Assembly (NCBI GenBank): GCA_016930445.1
Contig: JAFGGT010000031.1
Coordinates: 1 to 45,225, forward strand
From: Candidatus Methanofastidiosia archaeon
GTDB taxonomy: Archaea > Methanobacteriota_B > Thermococci > Methanofastidiosales > NM3
Direction of reading: 5' to 3'
DNA length: 45,225 nucleotides
Made by a program: the position numbers and the translations under genes. Below are positions 1-8,357 of the stretch, piece after piece. Each line of letters begins with the position of its first letter. The stretch's first letter is position 1. Below the pieces are notes generated by a model that worked only from the letters and a program-made list of their open reading frames with translations, did not search any database and had not been told where the DNA came from.

Positions 1-979
1 AGAGGCCAGGGAAAAGTCGAGGGCGGGCATGAGGATATTCGTAAGGGAGGGGTCCAGCGCCAAGAATCTCAAGGCCCTAATAGGATTGGAGGATGCCTTC
101 GCCCTATGCACTGACGACAAGCATGCGGACGACCTGCTCAGGACCGGCCACATGGACCATCTCCTGTCGATGGCCGTGGGCGAGGGAAAGGACCCTATCG
201 ATGCACTGAGGATGGCAACGCTGAATCCTGCCAGGCATTATTCCCTTGATGGGGGATCGTTCGAGGAATCCAGGAGGGCGAACATACTGGTACTTGATGG
301 CCTTGAGGACTTCCTTCCTAGGTCGGTCTACTTCCACGGCAAGGAGATATGCAGGAACGGCTCCCTTCTGGCAAGGCCCAAGACCTTGACTCGCAACATG
401 AGGGTAATGAATGCAAAAAAGATCGGGCCGGGCCACCTTAATGTCGTGGAGAAGTATAGGGACCACATCATAGGGGCCATTGACGGGGAGCTGACCACCA
501 TGCACCTGCATCAGGGCGCTTCCATGCTGGCGGATGCGCAGAAGCTTGCAGTAATAGACAGATACGAGGGCAAGTGCCTTTCATGCGCTTATGTTAAGGG
601 GTTCGGCCTCCGTGGGTGTGCCATCGCACAGACCATCGCACATGATTCCCACAATATCATCGCCACAGGTTCCGATGACTGGCTCATCGTTGAGGCCGTC
701 AACGGTCTGATAGACCTGGGAGGCGGGATCGTCGCTCGCTCCCCTTCTGAGAGCATTGAAATCGCACTCGATGTCTCAGGCCTTATGAGCACGATGGCCC
801 CTGAGGATCTTGGCAGAAAATTGGGCGCCCTTGACCGATTCCTCTCAGAGCACGGGGCGATGATGCAGAACACGGTAACTACGCTATCATTCATGGCTCT
901 TCTCGTCATACCGCACCTCAAGCTCTCGGATAAGGGGCTTTTCGACGTGGATTCGTTCAAGTTCATCGATAAATGTTAA
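1..979 (+). CDS. ade: Adenine deaminase, C-terminal part (5' end lies outside the window)
   Basis: The frame is open from the window edge. The translation contains MRIFVREGSSAKNL...TDDKHADDLLRTGHMDHLL...ALRMATLNPARHY, which match my recollection of the conserved central and C-terminal blocks of adenine deaminase (amidohydrolase superfamily). The ATG at 29 is probably internal. TAA stop at 977-979. Confidence 0.7.
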   Translation, partial: EAREKSRAGMRIFVREGSSAKNLKALIGLEDAFALCTDDKHADDLLRTGHMDHLLSMAVGEGKDPIDALRMATLNPARHYSLDGGSFEESRRANILVLDGLEDFLPRSVYFHGKEICRNGSLLARPKTLTRNMRVMNAKKIGPGHLNVVEKYRDHIIGAIDGELTTMHLHQGASMLADAQKLAVIDRYEGKCLSCAYVKGFGLRGCAIAQTIAHDSHNIIATGSDDWLIVEAVNGLIDLGGGIVARSPSESIEIALDVSGLMSTMAPEDLGRKLGALDRFLSEHGAMMQNTVTTLSFMALLVIPHLKLSDKGLFDVDSFKFIDKC

Positions 980-1011
980 TACGTTCCTTATGAATATGAA
1001 TGGGGGGTAAA

Positions 1012-2520
1012 ATGAAAAGATTCCTTAAGGAATTGGGAATTGAGGACATCAATCCCGGTGGAAGTTACGGTATTGACAGGTGGGTAGGGTCTGGCGATAC
1101 GGTAACATCCATAAATCCGTCAGATGGAGAGCCTATCGCGAAGGTGCAACTTGTCACTACCGAAGAATATGAGAAGATAGTCGATGCCTCCGTTAGGGCA
1201 TTTAAGGCATGGAGGCTTGAACCTGCTCCAAAGAGGGGCGAGATAGTCAGGGAGATAGGCTTGAAGCTCCGGGAGAGGAAAGAGGGCCTTGGAAGGCTTA
1301 TCACGCTCGAGATGGGAAAAATCTTGGAAGAGGGCAAGGGCGAGGTACAAGAGGCCATAGACATGTCGGACTTCGCCTGCGGGCTCTCCAGGCAGCTCTA
1401 TGGGCTGACGATGGCCAGTGAAAGGCCCAACCATAGGATGTATGAGCAATGGCACCCCTTGGGCCCGATAGGCATTATCACCTCCTTCAATTTTCCCATG
1501 GCGGTCTGGGGTTGGAATGCCCTGGTCTCCTTGGTGTGTGGCGATACCCCTGTCTGGAAACCCTCGACAAAGGTGCCTCTTTGTGCCATTGCCATACAGA
1601 AAGCCTGTAACGAGGTCCTCTGCGAGCACGGATGGGAGGAAGGCGTTTCATGCCTCGTCTGCGGTACCGGCAGGGAAGTGGGGGATCTGATGACAAAGGA
1701 CGCAAGGCTTCCGCTCATATCTGCAACAGGGTCTGTCGCGATGGGCAGGAAGGTGTCCGTCTCGGTCGCCGAAAGGCTGGGGAGGTCCATTCTCGAGCTA
1801 GGAGGGAACAATGCCCTGATAGTGAGCGAAAAGGCCGATCTGGACGTTCTGATGCCGGCGCTGGTGTTCGGTGCTATAGGCACCGCTGGCCAGAGGTGCA
1901 CGACCATCAGGAGGGTCATCGTGCACGAGGAGATCAAGGAGATCCTGATATCCAGACTGATAAAGGCGTACTCCTCCCTAAGGATAGGGGATCCGATGGA
2001 CAAGGAGACGGTGATGGGCCCCTTGGTGGACCCCCAGGCCGTGGCGAATATGCAGGGGGCCGTACAGACTGCCCTGGAACAGGGGGGGACGCTGCTCCAT
2101 GGGGGGCGCCGCATATCAGGGAACTTCGTTGAGCCTGCGATCATCGAGATGCCTGGCAACGTTCCCATCGTCTGTACAGAGACGTTCGCGCCCATACTCT
2201 ACGTGATCCCCTACGACGACTTCGATGAGGCATTGGCCCTGCACAACGACGTGCCCCAAGGCCTCTCGAGCGGCATTTTCTCAAAGGACCTTGAGGAGGT
2301 GGAAAGATTCCTCTCTGTAGAAGGGTCGGACTGTGGCATCGCAAACGTCAACATCAGCACCTCGGGGGCGGAGATAGGTGGGGCCTTTGGGGGCGAGAAG
2401 GACACAGGAGGGGGCAGGGAGGCAGGCTCAGATGCGTGGAAGGCGTATATGAGAAGGCAGACGGTGACGATAAACTGGGGCAGGAAGGCCCAGCTCTCAC
2501 AGGGGATCGATTTTTCTTAG
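1012..2520 (+). CDS. Aldehyde dehydrogenase, ALDH7/antiquitin-like (aminoadipate-semialdehyde / piperideine-6-carboxylate dehydrogenase branch)
   Basis: The ORF is about 502 aa. A G-rich SD (GGGGGGT) lies 5 nt upstream of the ATG at 1012; the track start at 1000 is also possible. ALDH blocks ELGGNNA and GQRCTT (catalytic Cys) are present. The N-terminal PAPKRGEIVREIG...LEMGKILEEGKGEVQE is typical of ALDH7. TAG stop. Confidence 0.9.
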   Translation: MKRFLKELGIEDINPGGSYGIDRWVGSGDTVTSINPSDGEPIAKVQLVTTEEYEKIVDASVRAFKAWRLEPAPKRGEIVREIGLKLRERKEGLGRLITLEMGKILEEGKGEVQEAIDMSDFACGLSRQLYGLTMASERPNHRMYEQWHPLGPIGIITSFNFPMAVWGWNALVSLVCGDTPVWKPSTKVPLCAIAIQKACNEVLCEHGWEEGVSCLVCGTGREVGDLMTKDARLPLISATGSVAMGRKVSVSVAERLGRSILELGGNNALIVSEKADLDVLMPALVFGAIGTAGQRCTTIRRVIVHEEIKEILISRLIKAYSSLRIGDPMDKETVMGPLVDPQAVANMQGAVQTALEQGGTLLHGGRRISGNFVEPAIIEMPGNVPIVCTETFAPILYVIPYDDFDEALALHNDVPQGLSSGIFSKDLEEVERFLSVEGSDCGIANVNISTSGAEIGGAFGGEKDTGGGREAGSDAWKAYMRRQTVTINWGRKAQLSQGIDFS

Positions 2521-2730
2521 GGTAAATATCTTTCCCTTTTCCTTTCTCGTCCTGTCCCACGTCTCCACTATGAACATCACTGTGGCCATGATGAAAAGCA
2601 CGGCAGGCCATGTTCCGTGTATCAGCCATAGGACGAGATATCCTGTTATTATCGTGAGGAGCGCGATGATCGGTATCGCCAGATACTTGGGCAGATAGTT
2701 GATCCTCAGGTCGTAGTCAAAGAATCTCAT
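2497..2730 (-). CDS. Small hypothetical membrane protein (77 aa, about 2 TM helices)
   Basis: ATG start with GGGGAGGG about 8 nt upstream. There are two long hydrophobic stretches and a basic C-terminus. It overlaps the 3' end of the convergent ALDH gene by 24 bp. I recognise no homology. Confidence 0.35.
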   Translation of the reverse strand: MRFFDYDLRINYLPKYLAIPIIALLTIITGYLVLWLIHGTWPAVLFIMATVMFIVETWDRTRKEKGKIFTLRKIDPL

Positions 2731-2758
2731 GCAAATATCCCTCCCCTTCTTGTATTAA

Positions 2759-2896
2759 CTAATCGAAATCAAGGTCCAGTAGCAATAGCAGCAGGGCCAA
2801 AACTATAGCGAAAAGCGCCAAAGGGCCCCTATCGTAGATGTAGATGATGAAAGTTGCAGCCAGAAACAGGAGCGTGGACCTCGACTCTACCTTCAT
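2759..2896 (-). CDS. Possible 45-aa hydrophobic micro-ORF (MKVESRSTLLFLAATFIIYIYDRGPLALFAIVLALLLLLLDLDFD)
   Basis: This ORF is below the cutoff of the ORF track and I read it by eye. It lies 29 nt upstream of, and co-directional with, the 77-aa membrane ORF. There is no clear SD. The call is speculative. Confidence 0.15.
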   Translation of the reverse strand: MKVESRSTLLFLAATFIIYIYDRGPLALFAIVLALLLLLLDLDFD

Positions 2897-3043
2897 GGCA
2901 TAAACAAGGCAGTATGCTTAAAAAACGTATTGGTGCCCCCATTCCTCCATGAAAGCCTTCATTTTATAAAGAATATACAACTGGGCAAAACAGATATGGA
3001 AATATATGCCAAACACATGCGTCCAGTAGAGTGCCTTTTCATA

Positions 3044-3058
3044 GAAAAACTTTAAAGC
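3044..3058 (+). promoter_or_regulatory. Archaeal BRE/TATA-like box (GAAAAACTTTAAAGC) for tRNA-Ser
   Basis: The TTTAAA core at 3051-3056 lies about 35 nt upstream of the mature tRNA 5' end. The same AAAACTTTAAA motif recurs upstream of nreA (about 10997-11009). Confidence 0.4.
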
Positions 3059-3087
3059 TTAGATACGTTCTATCTACTGCTGGTGAT

Positions 3088-3174
3088 GTCAGGGTGGCCC
3101 AGCCTGGTAAGGCGCCGGACTGCTAATCCGGTTCTCGAAAGAGACCCAGGGTTCAAATCCCTGCCCTGACGCCA
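3088..3174 (+). tRNA. tRNA-Ser (anticodon GCU), genomically encoded CCA
   Basis: I folded the cloverleaf by hand:
- Acceptor stem GTCAGGG/CCCTGAC.
- 3-bp D stem GCC/GGC.
- Anticodon stem CCGGA/TCCGG with loop CT-GCT-AA.
- Long variable arm TCTC-GAAA-GAGA, as expected for a class II Ser tRNA.
- T arm CAGGG-TTCAAAT-CCCTG.
- Discriminator G followed by CCA. Confidence 0.93.
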
Positions 3175-3247
3175 TTATCTTCCTTTGTATAATAATTATG
3201 CACTCTTTTTTATATCGTTCTATATATAAATATATATACTATATATT

Positions 3248-3267
3248 CTGGAGTGGAAACAAAGGGG
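3248..3267 (+). repeat. Orphan ORB-like (origin recognition box) element CTGGAGTGGAAACAAAGGGG
   Basis: It matches ORB1 of the origin at 28169-28188 (reverse complement CTCCAGTGGAAACAAAGGGG) at 18 of 20 positions. It is embedded in an AT-rich spacer of about 115 bp (3175-3289) between two convergent gene ends. Confidence 0.6.
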
Positions 3268-3289
3268 TACAATTTAGTATATAGATATA

Positions 3290-4576
3290 TCAATCATTGA
3301 CAGTCAATATCGGGATATAATTGTCGTATATGACGTTCACCCTGTCCGAGAGAAGATACTTTCCTATCAAGCTTGAGCCCAGGAGATGCGCATCCGGGCA
3401 GATGTATTCAACGCCCGGATAATCCCCCGCGTAAACCGTTCTCCTTTCCATCGAATATATCTGAGGGTATCTTTCCCAGCCCCAGACCATGGTGTCGTCG
3501 ATGGTCTCATCGTTGATGAATGCCCAGGAGGAGACCTCCACGTAAGAGGGGCCGATGTTCCCGAAGATGTCTGTGCATGCAAATAGCGAGATCACGATGA
3601 CTATCCCAGAAAACAATGCCTTCAATCCCTTGGGCCTGATACCTGCGATGGCATAAGCGGAAATGCAGGATAGGAAGAATGCCAAAAAGACAAAGGCCCT
3701 CTCCGGGGGGAGATTCGACATCTGGAATACGGATGCGATGCCGAACACTGCGGCGCCGGCGACAAGGTACCATTCGTACCTCTTGCGCATGAATAGAAGG
3801 CCGATTGGGAACAATAGCGCTACCGTGAATGCCGATACGTACCTCCTTGCTCCATAGATCACTAGGTCCGGCACCCTCATGCTAAAAGAGCTGCCGGGGT
3901 CTGAATTTAAAAGGGTCATTATCGAGTATGTCGCAACGACGACGGCGGAGATGAGGAATATCTTTATGACCTTCCTCCATTCCCGACGCCAGATGCCAAG
4001 GGCGAACATTGAGAGCATGATCGCCACCCCGCTGAACGGATGGACAAAGAACATCAAGGCCCCTGCCACGCCCCCATATTCGGTGCGAAGATACAACCAT
4101 AGCGTGAGTGGGAGGAACAGTATCCCAATCCCTTGTGGCAGGAGCAGGATTGAGTGGGCGATCACGTCCGGTACTGTATAAAGGACTGCAGCCATGAGCG
4201 AAACGTCCCCCCTTCCTGTGAACTCCTTCATGAAAAGGTATACGAACAGGGGCGTTAGGCTTGAGAGGGCAACTGGGAAGTATTTGAATGCGGATTCCCC
4301 AAACACCTTTGCGAAGGGATAGACGATCATATGGAACCCGAAAGGGTATGCGGCCAGCTTTGCGGAGAGGGCCAGAAAATATGGATGGCTCGTCTCCCAC
4401 TCCAATATGTTGTACTGTGCCAGCCCCCCGCCATCGATAAGGAATCTGATCAGGTCCCTGTGGAAGTATGTGTCCTCACCAAGAAGGTGACCGAATGGGT
4501 ATATCAAGAGCACCCTCAACAACAGTCCGGCGAGCAGGATGGCCACCAGGGCGTCCCTTTCCCTGATCTCCCTCAT
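3290..4576 (-). CDS. Polytopic membrane protein, GT-C-fold glycosyltransferase-like (short STT3/AglB- or PMT/ArnT-like)
   Basis: I moved the start to the ATG at 4576 (MREIRERD...). This forms an ATGA overlap with the stop of the upstream gene, whereas the track start at 4705 would overlap that gene by 130 nt. There are at least 10 hydrophobic helices. An acidic motif GEDTYFH follows TM1 (4460-4480), as in the first external loop of GT-C enzymes. A soluble C-terminal tail of about 90 aa contains VWGWERY. The functional assignment is weak. Confidence 0.55.
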   Translation of the reverse strand: MREIRERDALVAILLAGLLLRVLLIYPFGHLLGEDTYFHRDLIRFLIDGGGLAQYNILEWETSHPYFLALSAKLAAYPFGFHMIVYPFAKVFGESAFKYFPVALSSLTPLFVYLFMKEFTGRGDVSLMAAVLYTVPDVIAHSILLLPQGIGILFLPLTLWLYLRTEYGGVAGALMFFVHPFSGVAIMLSMFALGIWRREWRKVIKIFLISAVVVATYSIMTLLNSDPGSSFSMRVPDLVIYGARRYVSAFTVALLFPIGLLFMRKRYEWYLVAGAAVFGIASVFQMSNLPPERAFVFLAFFLSCISAYAIAGIRPKGLKALFSGIVIVISLFACTDIFGNIGPSYVEVSSWAFINDETIDDTMVWGWERYPQIYSMERRTVYAGDYPGVEYICPDAHLLGSSLIGKYLLSDRVNVIYDNYIPILTVND

Positions 4577-5874
4577 CTCGCTCTCCTCTTTATGATCATT
4601 AAATATAATATATAAGACAAGAGGATGGCGGAGCCGGACAGGATAACATAGAGTGAACCGTTCCCAGGACCTTGTGCGTCGTTCTTTCCTAAGGCCAATG
4701 AACACTGCATCGCGAATATGCCTGCCGTGCCGGCCCAGTATGGAAGTATCGGCTCATTGACCTCCATCGTCAGCGACAAAAGGTACCAGTTGGAGATGAC
4801 AAGCCGGCCCTGGAGATAACCCTTTGTCAGAAGATACCCTTCGGAAGGAAGCCCTACATTGCTCATAAACGCCCCAGATAGCACGAAGGAGAACTCTCCC
4901 AGATATGTCTTGAAGGGGTAATCGAAGTACTCCTTGACGTTGGTATCACCGCCAACCTGTAGGAAATCAAAGCGATTGTCACCGCTTGATGGGGCCTTGG
5001 ACAGGTTCTCATCGTCGACCCATATGTCGTATACCGCCCCGGACCCGCATTGCATGCCCTGCATCCATTCCCATGCCTGCCCCAAGGCGCCCGAGTATCT
5101 TTCGCTCCCAGATATCTTGTAGGCCATCCAAAGGCCCATCATTGACATAGTGACATAGTGCACAGATCGATCCCATCTCGTAGGTATCTTGTACGCGTAT
5201 CCGTCGTACCAGGAGCCGTCTGACAGCTGCATATCGTATAGCGCATCCGCGAGCTTGCAGCATGCGTCATAGTAGTCCTTCCCTCCTGCCCCGTAGTATA
5301 CGACAGACCCTATGCCAAGGGCCACGAGACCGAGATCGTTGGGGCTTGTCCAGCAATATGATGTCAGGGCAGATTCGTTTGCGCCCTGATTTCTGGCCAG
5401 CCTGGTCCTTGGATCGTCGCATTCCGCAGGGTAAGCGCTTTCCCATTCCTCCATCTCATCGATCAGGTAGTCCGCCGCCAAGCGGGCGGCCGATGCGTAC
5501 CTCTCCTCTCCTGTATAGGAATAAGCAGCTGAAAGTGCCCATGCCCCAAGGCCCGTCATCAGCTTCGAGTTGACGTTGTTTACATCCCTTTGGGCCATGA
5601 CCTCGCCAGATGCCTTCTGCCTCAATAGTATCTCTTCTGCATAGCCCATGGCAATGGCCTGCAGGTCCGGGTCGGAAAGGGCAAGATCCATCTGGACCAG
5701 AAGTATCAGCCTGTAGCATAGATTGATGCCATCCTCGGATTCGGCCGGAAGCCACGTGAACGATGTCTTTTGGTAGAGGTCGCTTGCCTCCTCAGGAGTA
5801 GATCGAACGCTAGGGACGAGGCATGCCATGATGACTATAAATGACAAGAAGATCGCGGGATAACGAAGCATCAT
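4573..5874 (-). CDS. Secreted/anchored alpha/alpha-toroid (six-hairpin) repeat protein with N-terminal signal peptide and C-terminal TM anchor
   Basis: The start is probably MMLRYPAIFLSF... at 5874. A TTTAAATTATAT box lies about 25 nt upstream and inside the longer track ORF, which suggests a leaderless transcript. Hairpin motifs of the type G-x-x-A/L...Y..TG..RY recur, and QLSDGSWYDG (5200-5229) recalls prenyltransferase/terpene-cyclase, AGE and LanC-type toroids. The C-terminal GPGNGS-hydrophobic helix-KRRAR forms a tripartite anchor. Confidence 0.6.
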   Translation of the reverse strand: MMLRYPAIFLSFIVIMACLVPSVRSTPEEASDLYQKTSFTWLPAESEDGINLCYRLILLVQMDLALSDPDLQAIAMGYAEEILLRQKASGEVMAQRDVNNVNSKLMTGLGAWALSAAYSYTGEERYASAARLAADYLIDEMEEWESAYPAECDDPRTRLARNQGANESALTSYCWTSPNDLGLVALGIGSVVYYGAGGKDYYDACCKLADALYDMQLSDGSWYDGYAYKIPTRWDRSVHYVTMSMMGLWMAYKISGSERYSGALGQAWEWMQGMQCGSGAVYDIWVDDENLSKAPSSGDNRFDFLQVGGDTNVKEYFDYPFKTYLGEFSFVLSGAFMSNVGLPSEGYLLTKGYLQGRLVISNWYLLSLTMEVNEPILPYWAGTAGIFAMQCSLALGKNDAQGPGNGSLYVILSGSAILLSYILYLMIIKRRAR

Positions 5875-6100
5875 GTTTTTTGAGTGATATAATTTAAAAA
5901 AGCTATCCATGGCCTGAAAAGATGCCCTTTCTCCAAAGAATAATGGCTCCTCGACCTGCCGAAAAGGCGCATGAGATGCCTCTTTTAGGAGAAAACTTAG
6001 GATAAATATTTAAAAGGGTTCAGTTTATTGACTCACATTGCGATATCGATAAGATAGACCATCCGAAAGGATAAAAAATTCGTTGATATCGTACGGGTAG

Positions 6101-6113
6101 AAAAATTTAAAAA
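6101..6113 (+). promoter_or_regulatory. TATA-like box (AAAAATTTAAAAA) of the tuf-rps10 operon
   Basis: The TTTAAA core at 6106-6111 lies about 50 nt upstream of the tuf ATG. The resulting leader carries an AGGAGG SD at 6145-6150. Confidence 0.4.
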
Positions 6114-6158
6114 GCGTAAGCTTTATTGAAATCTACTCTATGTTAGGAGGAGTATCTA

Positions 6159-7457
6159 ATGGCTAAAGAAAAACCACACTTAAACGTAGCTTTTATAGGT
6201 CACGTAGACCACGGTAAATCTACAACAATCGGACAGATGCTGCTACAGCATGGTGACATCCGTGATTCTGTCATCAAGAAGTTCGAGGACATGGGAGAGA
6301 AGGGAAAGACCTTCAAATTTGCCTGGGTCATGGACAGCCTCAAGGAAGAGCGTGAGAGAGGAGTGACCATCGACTTGGCCCACAAGAAGTTCGAGACGAG
6401 CTCCAAGTACGTCACGATCGTGGACTGCCCAGGACACAGGGACTTCGTCAAGAACATGATCACCGGAGCCTCGCAGGCCGACGCCGCTGTTCTGATCGTC
6501 GCTGCCAATGACGGTATAATGCCACAGACCAAGGAACACGTTTTCCTTGCAAGGACCCTTGGTATCACGCAGCTCATCGTCGCCGTGAACAAGATGGACG
6601 TTGTCGACTTCAAGGAAGAGAAGTACAACGAGATAGTCGATGCAGTAGGCAAGCTCATAAAGGTCGTAGGATTCAAGCCCGAGAACACACCATTCATCCC
6701 GATATCCGCGTTTGAGGGACACAACCTAACATCGGCTTCTGAAAAGATGTCCTGGTACAAGGGAAAGACGCTCTTGGATGCCATTGACACATTGCAGGAA
6801 CCAAAGAAGCCAGTAGACAAGCCACTCAGGCTGCCAGTGCAGGATGTATTCACCATCACTGGAGTGGGTACTGTCCCAGTGGGCAGGGTAGAGACCGGCA
6901 TACTCAAGGTAGGACAGAAGGTCATATTCGAACCCGCATCTACGATCCTCGGAAAGCCTGTCACTGGTGAGATCAAGACCATCGAGATGCATCACGAACA
7001 GCTCAAGACCGCAGAACCTGGAGACAACGTAGGTTTCAACGTCAGGGGTATTGGAAAGAAGGACATCAGGAGAGGAGATGTTATTGGTGATGTCACAAAC
7101 CCACCATCCGTCATCACCCCCAAGGACACCTTCAGGGCCCAGATAGCGGTCCTTACGCACCCGACGGCGATCACTGCAGGATACACCCCTGTATTCCACT
7201 GCTACACTGCTCAGGTGGCATGCACCTTCGAGCAGCTTGTCGCAAAGCTCGACAAGAAGACCGGTGGTATCGCAGAGGAGAACCCCAAGTTCCTCAAGTC
7301 AGGTGACGCAGCGATAGTAGAGATCAGGCCGACCAAGGCAATGGTGCTTGAGAACTACAAGGAGATCCCAGAAATGGGAAGGTTCGCTATCCGTGACATG
7401 GGAACGACCGTTGCTGCAGGTATGTGCACAGCTATCCACAAAGGCGGCCAGCAATAA
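6159..7457 (+). CDS. tuf: Translation elongation factor 1-alpha (aEF-1A)
   Basis: GHVDHGKST (G1), DCPGHRDF (G3) and NKMD (G4) motifs are present. The length is 432 aa and there is a strong SD. The gene is followed by rps10, as in the conserved archaeal cluster. Confidence 0.97.
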   Translation: MAKEKPHLNVAFIGHVDHGKSTTIGQMLLQHGDIRDSVIKKFEDMGEKGKTFKFAWVMDSLKEERERGVTIDLAHKKFETSSKYVTIVDCPGHRDFVKNMITGASQADAAVLIVAANDGIMPQTKEHVFLARTLGITQLIVAVNKMDVVDFKEEKYNEIVDAVGKLIKVVGFKPENTPFIPISAFEGHNLTSASEKMSWYKGKTLLDAIDTLQEPKKPVDKPLRLPVQDVFTITGVGTVPVGRVETGILKVGQKVIFEPASTILGKPVTGEIKTIEMHHEQLKTAEPGDNVGFNVRGIGKKDIRRGDVIGDVTNPPSVITPKDTFRAQIAVLTHPTAITAGYTPVFHCYTAQVACTFEQLVAKLDKKTGGIAEENPKFLKSGDAAIVEIRPTKAMVLENYKEIPEMGRFAIRDMGTTVAAGMCTAIHKGGQQ

Positions 7458-7482
7458 ACTGGCTTGAGCCGGGGGGATAGTT

Positions 7483-7791
7483 ATGCAAAGAGCACGTATC
7501 AGACTAGCAGGCACTCACCCCGAAAAACTTGAAGAAGTTTGCGACCAGGTCAAGAAGATCGCCGAAAGAACGGGGGTCAATATGGCCGGTCCGATTCCTC
7601 TGCCGACGAAGAAGCTGAGGGTTCCGGTCAGGAAGTCTCCAGACGGTGAGGGAACAGCTACTTGGGAAAGATGGGAAATGAGGATCCACAAGAGACTAAT
7701 CGAAGTGGATGCCGAAGAAAGAGCGATGAAACAGGTCATGAGAGTTAAGGTGCCAGAAGGCGTCAGCATAGAGATCGAGCTGGTATCCTAA
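7483..7791 (+). CDS. rps10: 30S ribosomal protein S10
   Basis: The 102-aa product begins [20 protein letters not shown]...[10 protein letters not shown]...H, which is typical of archaeal uS10. A GGGGGGA SD is present and the gene lies immediately after tuf. Confidence 0.95.
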   Translation: MQRARIRLAGTHPEKLEEVCDQVKKIAERTGVNMAGPIPLPTKKLRVPVRKSPDGEGTATWERWEMRIHKRLIEVDAEERAMKQVMRVKVPEGVSIEIELVS

Positions 7792-7794
7792 TAC

Positions 7795-7835
7795 CTCTCT
7801 TCTATTTTTCTTATTATCTTTTATTCATTTATTCC
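7795..7835 (+). terminator. Oligo-T terminator region after rps10
   Basis: The sequence CTCTCTTCTATTTTTCTTATTATCTTTTATTCATTTATTCC contains several T-runs directly after the TAA stop. This is consistent with archaeal oligo-T termination. Confidence 0.4.
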
Positions 7836-7891
7836 ATTTGGATCCTAGGACGTTATTGTCTTGGCAGATGAATTGTAGCCAGTATCGAGCA

Positions 7892-8347
7892 TTATCGCTT
7901 CAGGACGAGCTTTTCTATTTCAGCGAGCGTTCCTGAAATGGTGTTTTTCACAAAGGGCGCGCCCTCTTTGCCCCCTATGAGGAACGTGAAGCTTACCTCG
8001 GCGTCCTCTGTGGCCTTATGGAGTATCCAGTCGCCTATAGTCGCCATTATTGCCCCTTCCTTGGCAAGGTTCAGAATTAGTAGTGGAGGCAATGCCAAGC
8101 GGCCTGTGACCTTGACAAGGGCGCCAAAGTTGTCCCTTATGACCATCTTGGCCAAGATGCCCTTGGAGATCAGCTTTGTGCAGAGCTCTATGGCGTACGC
8201 ATTGAGGGCCAGTCCAGTCCCCATGTCCTGGGGAAGTATCAAGAGGTCCGTGTTTGCTCGCAGTAGCTCTAATGGGCCCAAGGTATCCTCGAGCAGTCCC
8301 AACACCGCACCGCGATCCACTTCCTCGCTATCCATGTTCAAGGCCAT
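7892..8347 (-). CDS. Hypothetical cytoplasmic protein (about 151 aa)
   Basis: The start is probably the ATG at 8347 (MALNMDSEE...), with a GAGGTGGAG SD 4 nt upstream. This places it 10 nt after the stop of the upstream lipoprotein gene. I recognise no family. Confidence 0.6.
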   Translation of the reverse strand: MALNMDSEEVDRGAVLGLLEDTLGPLELLRANTDLLILPQDMGTGLALNAYAIELCTKLISKGILAKMVIRDNFGALVKVTGRLALPPLLILNLAKEGAIMATIGDWILHKATEDAEVSFTFLIGGKEGAPFVKNTISGTLAEIEKLVLKR

Positions 8348-8357
8348 TTTCTCCACC

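Noticed and set aside
1398-2195. A 265-aa ORF on the - strand, with further nested ORFs at 1120-1629, 1632-2132 and elsewhere.
   Set aside because: It is antisense to or out of frame with the ALDH gene, whose translation carries unambiguous family motifs. The alternative frames are Pro/Ser/Arg-rich.
2518-2632. TAG read-through (pyrrolysine-type) extension of the ALDH gene. The frame stays open for about 37 codons after the TAG.
   Set aside because: TAG is used as an ordinary stop by several confident genes here (rpa41, elp3, orf214). The ALDH is full length at the TAG, and the open stretch is simply the antisense of the small membrane ORF.
3088-3290. An integrated mobile element at tRNA-Ser.
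   Set aside because: No integrase or transposase gene is present. I did not see a second copy of the tRNA 3' half (attR-like direct repeat) anywhere in the window, and the flanking genes look chromosomal.
6200-6982. A 260-aa ORF on the - strand, plus ORFs at 6243-6722 and 6726-7199.
   Set aside because: All are antisense to tuf (EF-1 alpha). No independent signals support them, and their composition is typical of reverse-frame artefacts.
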